Positions 1 through 11,383 of a stretch of DNA of 64,000 nt are shown here, piece by piece (position 1 is the first letter of the stretch; each line of letters opens with the position of its first letter). The position numbers were made by a program, and so were the translations under genes. The notes under the pieces are model-generated. The model saw only the letters and a list, made by a program, of their open reading frames with translations. It was not told the origin of the DNA and made no database searches. Location: positions 43,875,847 to 43,939,846 of the forward strand of contig CP154954.1 of NCBI GenBank assembly GCA_039621445.1, in the 5' to 3' direction. This DNA is from Euglena gracilis (taxonomy: Eukaryota).

Positions 1-70
1 CAACTTGGTTTGCCTTTGGGTGGACCCCACCCCCGGGGGTCGGTCAGCGACTCCCTGGCCGGGGCTCAAG

Positions 71-3000
71 GTGCTGGTGGAGAAGGCCGCCAAGGAGATC
101 CTGTACCTCCTCCAGAGCGGGGCCCGGCCGCCGGAGGGCTGGCACGGGGTCCTGCCGACGCTTAGTGTGTTGCGAGATTGGGGCTTTTGTGTTGTGCGCA
201 CACAGCCAACTGAAGGGGTTGGCTCTATGAGGTCGGCATTTGCCTGTAGGATTTCACCAGAACCGGAATGATTCCACCAATATGTCTGTATGGGGCATGA
301 CACCGCATTTTCAGCGAAATTATGTTGTTTCATTTTGCCACTAATAATTTGATTTTGAAACCAACGTACTGTATTATTTTGTCCCTGTTTGTTTTTACAA
401 AAATGTCTTCCCAGCTGGTTTCTGTGTTTGTTTGAGATGTGGGCCAGGGTGGTGTTGTAAATGGGAGGGTCTTGGATGAGGAGCCAGCAAGTGAAGGGCG
501 AGTTTCATTTTCACCATTGAGTGCTCGATATTCTCATAAATCAGAAATATCAGGGGGAATAGGTGAAAGCATGGACGTGCCCCCCCCCTTCTCTATGGGC
601 AGCCTGCAGAGGTGGCCGTCAAAGGGATCCCTGTTTCGTGACTTTGGTTGCAGTGCATTTTTCATTTCATCGCAGTGTTCCTGCCCAAATAGCCTCCGCT
701 CCACGGCTTTTGTGCACCCAAGTGGTATGCACACCGCAGGACAATCGGTTCGGGTTGTGATTTTATTTGTTTATTTTCTGTATGCATCATTGGTTTGAGA
801 CGGCTGCACCGCCTGGCGCCCCGTCCGCTCCCACCCTTTTGGCCGGGCCCTCCCCAGGTCTGATCTCGGAGGCCGAGCTGGAGGCCGAGGCCCCCGCCGC
901 CCCCACCACCGCCCCCTTGGCCCCGCCCAGCATCCCGCGGCCGCCGTACCGCAAGCAGGGCCGCCCAGCAGCGGCGCCGGGGCGAAAGCCCACTGCTTCA
1001 GATCCAGAATCCGGGCTTGAGATCCGCGTGGTTCGGCTCTCGAGCACCAGCTGGGTGCTTTGGTTTTTGGGAGTCAGATGTGGTCGTCCTGTACGTTTCA
1101 TTAGGAAGTCCAGGGTTGCCGGGAAACACAGTCGTATTCGCAGTGAATGCAACGTGATGGACGATGGAGCCCAACGTTGCCCCGGCCAGCTGGCTGGCTG
1201 GGGGGGGAACAGAACACCAGCCCAACGCCCGCCCTCTGTGTGAATCCTCCCGAGCCCAAAGACTGGTCCTCCTTTCTCACTGCCGGAGTTTTCCCAGACG
1301 GACAAGGGAATGGATTCCAACAGTGGTTGGGCTCCTCCCCCCAGCCCCCCCCCCCCACCGGCTCGGGGCCGCCCTGCCTCCGCCATGGCGCGGCCGCCGG
1401 CGGTGGCGCGGGGCCCCTACTCTCGGGCACCGTACCGTGGCCCCGCCGCCCAGGGCCCAGTGGACTGGTGGAGTCCCCCCCCCACATTTCGTGTCTGGCA
1501 CGGCGGCCGACCCCCCCCCCCTGCCATGCCCAACACTGCCCCCTCAGCCCCCCGCCCCTGCCGGCACCCTCATCTCGTACGCCATCCGCATCTCGGGCGT
1601 CCCCCAGCGCGCGTGCGTCTCGGACGTCGTCAAGTTCTGCGCCCGGCTCGGTGCCCCCGCCGTGGGTGGCGTCCGCCTGCCTGGACGGGAGGGCGTTGTT
1701 TGGGGAAGGGGCCATTCCATCAGTTGGTGGCATCAATCGACCACAGGGGGCTTGACTCCCAAGCCACCAGTTGGTTTGAAAACCCCCACAATTTCCATTC
1801 ATGCAGCACACACACTCGCACACACGTGCGCATGCAACATTGTTCCAGTAAATCCACAAAAATTACCAAAATGGGCATTTTTGGCAGGTTTTGGGGGTCA
1901 AAAAATTCTGGTGTTTTGTGCTAGTCACTGGGAAAATATATTCCATTGTCTATCCCTGTTAACAGTCCCGGGGGGGGGTCTACTTAGTTTTTTCACAAGC
2001 CAAATTTGGCTAGCTGGAGTCCAACCCCTGGGAGGTACTGCAAACCTTAAGCAGAAGCCTGGTGTGTGTGTGTGTGTGTGTGTGCTCTGTGTGTGTTGTA
2101 TGTGTGTGTGATGTGTGATGTGTGGTGTAATGTATGTGCATGTGTGTGTGAAGCGCGCCTGTGTGTTGTGTATGTTGAATCAGCAAAAACACATTGAAAC
2201 TCCATTTCCACCTCGGCGTGCAGCACTGGAGGTGGAAGCTTTTCCCCAGTTGGGTGGTCTAGCTAGTGGCTTTATTCCAGTTTCTAGCAAAATGCCCAGC
2301 TTGCGGACCCCCAGGGTCCTCAATCAAATGTATGATATGCATGCACGCGCACACCCACACACACACCCACCCACCCACCCCCCCCCCACACACCACAACA
2401 CAACGCAAGGCAACACAACACAACACAACACAACACAACACAACACACCACAACACAACACAACACAACACAACACGACACAACACAACACAACACAACA
2501 CAACACAACACAACACAACACAACACAACACAACGCAACACGACACAACACAACACAACACAACACAACACAACACAACACAACACAACACAACACAACA
2601 CAACACAACACAACACAACACAACACAACAGACACATACACACAGCACACACAACACACCTGCCCATACCACACACCACCACACAATGCACAACACACAC
2701 CTTTCAAGCTGCGCAGTGCCCAAGCAGATTTCTGCTAAAGGCTCACAGTACCCTGGGGGGGGGGGGGGCTTGACTCAGCTGGTCGAAGTTTGGGTGGTGC
2801 AAATCCTCGTAGACCCCTGGGGGGGGGTCAGCTAGCAGGGCCAGTTTGTGAAGATATTTTTCCAGTGACTGGCGCGAAGCACCGAAGTGCTTCGCGCTTT
2901 TTTTTGGAACCCAAAACTTCCAAAAAATGGCCATTCTTGGGAACAAGTTCAGCCAAAGAAGCACATTCAAACCTCATTTCCACCTCGGTGCGCAGCGCCG

Positions 3001-3555
3001 GAGAGTTTTTTTTTCCAGTTGGGGGGGCACCTGACCCCCCCCCTGGGTCTAGCTAATGGCTTTTTTGGTGGTAGCCAGTGGATCCCCCAAGGGTCTGTCG
3101 GCAACCGTGGGCCCGAGCCCTCCCCTCCGCCGCCGTTCCCCGAGGGGCCACACCGGCGGCAGGCCATCGCGTACGTCGGCTCCGTGCTGGCGATGCAGCA
3201 CGCCCTGCAGTGGCCGGTGGCGGAGCTGTTCGGCGCGACGGTCACCATCGCCCCGCCCAGCCCCGCCCCGCGGCCGCCGCCCCTCGAGGTTGGTTGGGTT
3301 GGGGGGGGAGGAGGAGTGATCGGTCGGGGTTCCCGGCCCGCCATCCTGAACCTTGACGGTCCCCCCCCCAACCCCGAGTGCGACCGGGGACCGTCAAACA
3401 TCGGGGGTTGCCCGCTTCGCGTTTCCCCTGGCCGACCCCCCCCCCCTGCTGGGGTTGACCTCACCCCATCAATTGCCTCCCGGGGGCGGCCGGGCCAGGC
3501 TGCACGCGTACATTGGCGTGGGGCCCCCGCCGATGGGGGGCCCAGTTCCGCTGGG

Positions 3556-3589
<34 letters not shown>

Positions 3590-5706
3590 TACCCGATGCC
3601 CGTGACGGCCCCGACGGCGGAGAGCTGCCGGTACGGCCCAGGTGCGCCATCGTTACCAGCCGCCGTCGGGTGTTTTCCGTCTCTGGCTGTGTGTGGAGGG
3701 GTTCCAGGTCGCCGCAAACCGGCTCCACCAGCGCGGAGGGTATTGACAGGCTGCCCGGGTGTGCCGCAGGGACGCTGATCGTCGGGGACGGCAACTTCAG
3801 CTTCTCCGCTGCTCTAGCCGGCATCTTGGGCACCGGCGCACAAGCCCCTGCCTCCTGGCATGTGGCATTTGCCCCAAACCCCCAGGGGGATGACATTTCA
3901 AATGTCGTTTGAGGTGGATTGAGGAGGCTCAAGAGCCTCCTCGAATCAACTCAAATATATTTTCCACCATGGAAGTGCAAGAAAAAAGTATTCTTTCAAT
4001 TTTTATTCAGCTTGCATTTAACTTCAGCTTAATTTCAATTTCAATTTAGTTCCCTTTAATTCCCTTTTGTTGCCAATGCCCTTCAATACACACCCGTTCA
4101 GAGGGCCCTGAAGTAGCAAAATTCTTTGTGTTACACCTGCCCTGTGTGTGCGAATCCCCTTTGCTGTGCAAGCCGTTTTTTTGTTGGCAGCTTTTCACAG
4201 GGGGTCCCCCAAAACACCCCCATGCATGTACATAGGACGCCAGAACCTCCTTGAACATGCTCGAGCCAGCCTGCAGTTGACCAAACCCTGGGAGGGGGGT
4301 CTCGAGGTGCTCTGGGGTGCCTAAGCAGGCAGGCACTGCCCCCCCCCCCCCAGCAAGGCAAATGGGCTTTTCTGGGCTTCCAGCGACGGAAATGCCTTGG
4401 CTGAGGGCCCAGGCACTTTTGGCCATGTGCCCCCCCCTACCCTCTCGAGCCTCCTCGAATGTCGTTTGAGGTGGTTCGAGGCGGCTGTTTAAGTCCCCCC
4501 TGAGGGGGGGGGGGGCTTAAAAACTTTTGAGGAGTCTCGAAGGCTCAAGAGCCTCCTCCTACGGAGCCTCTTCCTACCACAACCCTGCCCCAAACCCCCA
4601 ACCTCTGGTAAAATCTAGCAGATTAACCACCCGAAAGGATGAACTTCCTTGGAGGTCGGGGGTGGGGACGGGAGTGAATGGCTGGCCGTTTCACGCTGGC
4701 TCCGGTGTTCTTAACAGCCGGCCCCCCTCCCTGGGCGTTTCAAAGCGTGCCACCCAGTGGCCAGTGGCCGGAGGGGCAGCGGCTTGGCGGGGACGGCATC
4801 GTGGCCACGGCATACGACCGGGAGGAGGACGTGCGGAACAAGTACTACGTGAACTTCATCGAGCAGTGCCGGCAGACGGGGATGGAGGTGCGGGCTCACA
4901 CTCCGGTGCCGTTCGCATGCGACGCGCAATGCCAACGTGCCTGCCAACCAGGGTTTTTTTAAGTTTGGACCCCCCGGGGGGGGAGGGGGGGGTAGGGTGG
5001 GTGGGTCCGCCGGCCCCCCTCCCCCCCCGGGGGGGGGTCCTCCCCGGAGGGGGGTGGGATATACTTTTCGGCGCCGCAGGCGCCGAAAAAATTCTATTTT
5101 TAGCACTTTTCGCGATTTTTCGGCCATTTTTTGTGGGTCCCCCGGACCCCCCTCCCCCCCCCCCGGGGGGCCCCCCCCAGGGGGGTGGGTGGGTGGGGGG
5201 GGACCCCCCCTCCCCCCCGCGGTCTTAAAAAAACCCCTGCTGCCAACGTCCCGTGCAACCCTAACATTCAGCGTTGTCATTGTTTCCATTCATTCTGGTC
5301 CCTTCCTCCTAAGGTCCACTTCGGGGTTGACGCGACGCAGATGATCCGGGACACTCAGCAGCGCCTCACTCGACCATATTTGTATTTTCTGACATTGTTT
5401 GGGGGATTCCCAATGAAGCCTCCCAATCATTTGTTTTTTTTTGGTGGGGACCAGCAAGGTATAGAACGTAATAAACAACAATTTTCTTTTCAGAATTCGC
5501 ATCCCCTGAAGGGAACAGTAACAACCGAAAATTTCTAGTGGAAAACCAGGCATATCTGCACATGTGTGCTACATTAAAACATATTTTTTAGCGCATTAAA
5601 CTGCTTGTATTTAAATATTATTATTGTTGTTGTTGTTGTTGTTGTTGTTGTTATTATTGTTGTTGTTGTTGTTGTTGTTGTTGTTATTGTTATTGTTGTT
5701 GTTGTT

Positions 5707-5745
<39 letters not shown>

Positions 5746-5868
5746 ATTATTGTTGTTGTTGTTGTTGTTGTTGTTGCTGTTGTTGTTATTGTTATTGTTA
5801 TTGTTGTTGTTGTTGTTGTTGTTGTAGTTGTTGTTGTTGTTGTTGTTGTTATTGTTGTTGTTGTTGTT

Positions 5869-5940
<72 letters not shown>

Positions 5941-6055
5941 GCTGTTGTTGTTGTTGTTGTTGTTATTATCTTCTTCTTCTTCTTCTTATATATTTCTTCT
6001 TCTTCTTCCTCTTCCTCTTCTTATTCTTCTTCTTCTTATTATTCTTCTTCTTCTT

Positions 6056-6086
<31 letters not shown>

Positions 6087-6095
6087 TTATTATTC

Positions 6096-6134
<39 letters not shown>

Positions 6135-8126
6135 CATTTCACAAAATGCCAACAAGATGCAGAGGGGGGAAAAGATCTGAAAGTGGCAAACCTTTGGTCG
6201 GGAAAAACGGGGCCTCTTCTTAGTAAATCTGGATGTTTCACCACTTCTTTTTCTGCTTTTGTATAATATTTCTGGTTTTTGGGGGTGCATACATTTTGAT
6301 GATGCCAATACACACATGCCTCATAAAGAGTTTTATATTGCGCAAGGCAAAAGTTTCGAACTCAGCACCCTCAAGAAAAGCAAGCAGCAAGGAGCACCGT
6401 TCACAATTTATTATACCTGAATCGATCACGTATGTGCACACACACAATGCACACACACAATGCACACACACACACATGGGCACCCAAGCATGTGCACAAC
6501 ACCTCACTCGACAAAACCATGAAAGTTGCTGGTGTTTTGCTCTTTTGAGTTGTATCGGAAACAGTAGCACGGGCAGACGACCTCTGCAATTTATTTCATC
6601 CCACTGGCCCTGCTGTGATGTGAGGTGCTACCCCGTGTGAATGGCACTCAGTACCGCTTCATCGTCTTCAACTTCCCCCACACACAGAACTGCCTTGGCC
6701 AGCCTGAAAAGATCTGAGCGAGGCGATGAAGGGCGTATGTGGGTTTCAGGTGAAGAACCATCACGAGGGTGGATTTTTTTTGAATATTCTCAAAGAATGT
6801 GATTTCTGTTCACAAATGGTTCTGCATGGTTTGCCCACACATCCATTTTCCATTTATGTGTATGCATACCATGTCGCAGGTTTGTATGCATCCACACATA
6901 TGTATGTATGAATGTATGACGGTATGCATGTGTGTGCATAGGCGTACACAGACGCATCGTCGAACTCCAACTGGTGAACAGTTCGAGAAACCACGGTTGA
7001 GAGCACCTTGGTGACATTCCCGCCACCCAAAAGCCCCCAAGGCAGGGACTGCCCCCACGGACCACCAGCAGACATCGGACGATGCGGAGGAGGTGGCGCA
7101 GGCTGAGATTTAAGGCGTGGCCGACCCCACCCTGGGAGGTGGGGGGGTGCCTACTAGGGCACCCCCAGGGCAGTACGGGAATCGGCCAAATCGGTGGTGG
7201 GTGGGGGGGGGTCGACACCCCCTCCCCCCGGAGCACTCCGAGACCCCGGGTTGGTCACAGTCAAACGTCAGCCTGGGGTGGAGATCAGCATCCAGGCCAA
7301 CAAGCTGCTGCTGTCCTCCTTCTTCATGCAGGCCAAGCGGCTGCTGACCCCCGATGGGGAGATCCACGTCACCGTCAAGGTGTGTTGGGGCGGAGGATGG
7401 GCAGGGGGCACTTGGACGAGGCTGCAACCTCCCCCTCCAGTGATGGGGACTCCGGTGGAACAAAAAATTCCCAGTAATAATAACCAGGTATTATTATCCC
7501 CCCCTTTTTTGACCACCTGTGGTGGAATTAAAGGGTTTTTTTAACTCCTCACATCATCATTCATACTATTTACCCAGCAGATCAGATAACAAAAGTCCAT
7601 TTTTCAGCGACACGCACACACACATGCTCGTGTATGCACGCATGCACACACACACAAACACACACACACACACACACCAGGGGAGAATTTGATATCTGCA
7701 ATTTTCCGCAATTTCCGCAGTATTCCGCAATTTCCACAATTTTCTGCAATTTCCCCACAATTTCGACAATTTTTTCTGCAATTTTAAATTCAGCATGCTG
7801 ACTAGATTTTACCTGAGACCAAAGTTTTCGGCAATTTTTTTCCGTTTTGGATTCTTCCCCCAAGAAATTTTGTATTTCCAGAATCAGTGTGTTCCCAAAG
7901 TTACAAAAATCATGTCTTTGGACCTTTTTTGTTGGAAAAAATCTGAATAATGGCTCAAAATTTACATCTATGTTCCAAAATGACCAAGTTTTTGAAATTT
8001 TTATCTGTCCTCTCCAGCAGAAGTACACTAATTCCCAAAACCGCAATTTCCGCAGTTTCCCCGCAATTTTCCGAGGGACTCCGATATCATTCCCCCCCCT
8101 GCACACGTACGCACACACGCACGCAG

Positions 8127-8214
<88 letters not shown>

Positions 8215-11200
8215 GCACGCACGCACGCACGCACGCATGCACGCACGCAAGCACGCACGCACGCACGCACGCATGCACTCATGCACACATACGACGCACA
8301 ACGCACTCGCACGCGCGCGCACACACATACACACACATACACGCACGCGCGCACACACACGCACGCACGCACGCATACACATGCACGCACGCACACACAC
8401 TCACAACACACAAATGCGCCCACGCACACACACATGCACGCACGCACACACACCCGCACCCCCCAAACCTACCCCCTTGTCCAATGACTGGGCTTGTCCA
8501 ACGACCCCCCCTCGGTCAGATGTGATATTTTTTTATCCAATGCGGGTTCAATAAGTGTGAGATTAATTGTATTTGCATTTTCCTTGTTTCAGAGAAGCTT
8601 TTTGGAAATTTTTTTGGGAAACCACCATAAAATGGCTGAAATTCCAAAAAAAAATGGGGCAAAGAGAAAGATTCCAAATAAATTTACGTGGAATTTGCAT
8701 TTTTTTTACGCCACCAATTTGAAATATGTGTTGCCATTTAAAAAAAAAGTCATAAATTCGATTTTGCCTTCGTTCAGTCGCACATGAATTAAAGGGGGGT
8801 CTGATTTGCAGTCAATGGTTTGATGTTTTAACCACCTTTGCCACCCCCCCCCACCTTTTTGAGCCCACTGAACAGATCCCCTTGGCCAGTGAATCCAAGA
8901 ATCCGTTCTTTCAACCTCCAGTGTTTGGCGAACAGCGAACAAAATCGAATGACTGTGTTTCGCCAGAGAAATCAAATGAAACGTCAGTCAAAGTCAGGCC
9001 GGAAGGTGGAGGGGGGGGGCAGCCCGTTGCTAACCTTCCGGCTGCCCCCCCCCCCCGTCCCGCCGGCCCCGCAGGACCGCCTCCTGTACCGGCAGTGGGA
9101 TATCCACAAGTTGGCTTCGGACCGGGCGGTGGAGCTGGTGCGGGTCGTCCCCTTCCGGCAGGAGGACTGGCCCGGCTACGCCCCGCGTGCCTTTTTTCTA
9201 GGGCCCTTCGCCTGCACCCTGGCTGGACCTTCGCTGTTGTTTTGCGGAGGCCCAAGATTTCCAAGAAAGTGCTGCTTTTGCATGACCCCTCCCCTGCGCC
9301 TTCAAACCTGGGGTTTGTTGGGCACGCCCAGACGTACCAAATACCGCACCGGTCATACCGCGGTAGTTCGGGGGGGGGCAACCGTCCCAAATATTTCCCG
9401 CAGTCTGGCCGCCCAGCCTGACCCCCAGCCCCCTCCCTTGGGACGGCCGCCATCAGCCGTGCTCCCCCGACCATGTGAATGGGGGTAGCGCCTCTGAAAG
9501 GCGTGCGGTTCCGACCACGTCGCAACGCGTGCACAGGACCGCCCGGGGGCCGCGTTTTACCCCCTGTGCCTGGTCCGAGAAGTCTTCTGGTCTCAAAGGG
9601 GTGCACTCCCTCCCACTGGGCCTTGCCGTGGACACCCCCTGCCAAGGGAGATCTGGCAGAAGGGTGGAAAGGCTTGAAGGCAAACCGAGCTTTGCCGAAG
9701 CCTCGGAGGAGCCAGAACTCACTGCTGCGGGCATGGCCAGCTGTGGCTGTGCAGGTGGGCCAACAAAATTTTTGGCCTTCTTACAAACACATTTTTCTCT
9801 CGAAGCTTTAAACACCTGCTCGCGCCCAGAAATCCCCTGCAGATTTTGACCAATTGCCCAGGGGGATGGGCCTTCTCTTGGGGTGGGGGGGGGACTGCGT
9901 TCTCTGCATTTGGTTGCTTGCCCACCCTGCAGTGGTCGGCCGGAAAGCAGCTGCCCATTTAATATTCCACCTCCATCTTTATTGCCCTCCACAAGAAATG
10001 ATCTGGAACATATTTGGTGCAATTTTTCCATGGGTTGGGCCATGTTCGGATTGACAAACGGAAGGGACGATACTAAATTGCATATCATTGAGACAAAAAT
10101 AGGCCAACATTGCCGCTGCCCGGCGCTCCTCACCCCCCGCCCCCCGCGGGGAACCCTCCAGCGCCGGGAGGCCCTCCCGACCCGCGGGGGGCTGTCCGGG
10201 CGGCCCTGGCCCCAAGGGGGTGTCCCGCAAGGTGGACCTGCTGGAGGCCAGGCCGCGGCGCGCCGCAGCCTCGTCTCATCTCCGGGGCTGTGTGTGGGAA
10301 CCCCCGAAACCCGATGGGCGGTGAGGGGGTCCGACCCCCCCTTTCCGTGTTTCCAGAGGCACCGATTTTTACGTCACAGTTTTCTTTCAACTAAAAAGAT
10401 CCGTGTTAGGGGGGACATCAAATCGACCCCCCCCCCACTGTGTAGCCCTCTTTGCCTTTGGCCTCCATCCCCCCCCCCCCCGGAGCTCTGTGGTGTGGGA
10501 AGTGCCTGCGCTGTGCAGCCTGGCACCTGGTACCTGGACTGGAGGAGGGGGTGCCAGGGGGGGGGTCCGGAGTCGTTCGCCACGTAACTGGGCCAGAAGC
10601 AAAGTTAGCGCCGGCCATAAACAGACAAGAAACCTTTGTGCAATTAAGGGGGGTCCGGAGCAACCCTGGGGGGCACCCGGGACCCACCCAAAAGGAGAAA
10701 CTTTTCCTTCCGCTTTGTGCCGAAGTTTTATTGCATTTTTGACAAAATTTTACCCAAAAAGTGCCCAAAATGGCACTTTTGCCCGTTTTGAGGGGTCAAA
10801 GTCAGCCCGGTGTCGGGCCAAAAAAAGGGTCACATGGACTGCGCCACTGTATGGGTGGGGGGGGTGTCCCCAGTGCTCCCCCCCCAACCAAATCCTGCGC
10901 CGGGGCCTGGGGCCGGCGTACACCCTGTGCTGGGCCCTGCCCGGCAGCCAGGCGCCCTCGCCCATGGCCCGCCCCAGGCTGCCCACGGCATCCCTCTCCC
11001 CCACTGATGGGCGGACCCCCCTCCGCCCGGACAAATGCCCACGGTGCCCACCACAACTGCACCTGTGGAATACGGCCCCGACACGCGAGGGAGTCAGGCC
11101 GTCGTTTTGTGGACCCCTAGTGAAATTCACCGGTGGGAAAATTCTCTCCAAGTCGGCGGTGCCCTTGACCAGTGAATTCCACCGTTTTTGTTGTTTTGAA

Positions 11201-11292
11201 GTGCTTTTTTTTCAGTGTATGAAAATTTTCTATTCGTCTTCTTCTTCTTCTCTTTCTCCTCGATAATGACCAGTTTGGGTCGAAAGGCGCCT

Positions 11293-11383
<91 letters not shown>

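Noticed and set aside
2115-2835. QHNTT/CCVVL repeat ORFs, and HT/CV repeat ORFs elsewhere
   Set aside because: Artefacts of (CACAA)n and (CA)n microsatellites.
3289-3498. Canonical GT-AG intron (gag|gttggt ... ccag|gctg)
   Set aside because: Phases are incompatible; the nonconventional 3255-3507 junction keeps the frame and has paired ends.
5605-6223. Poly-Val/Leu/Ser ORFs
   Set aside because: Translation of a triplet microsatellite inside an intron.
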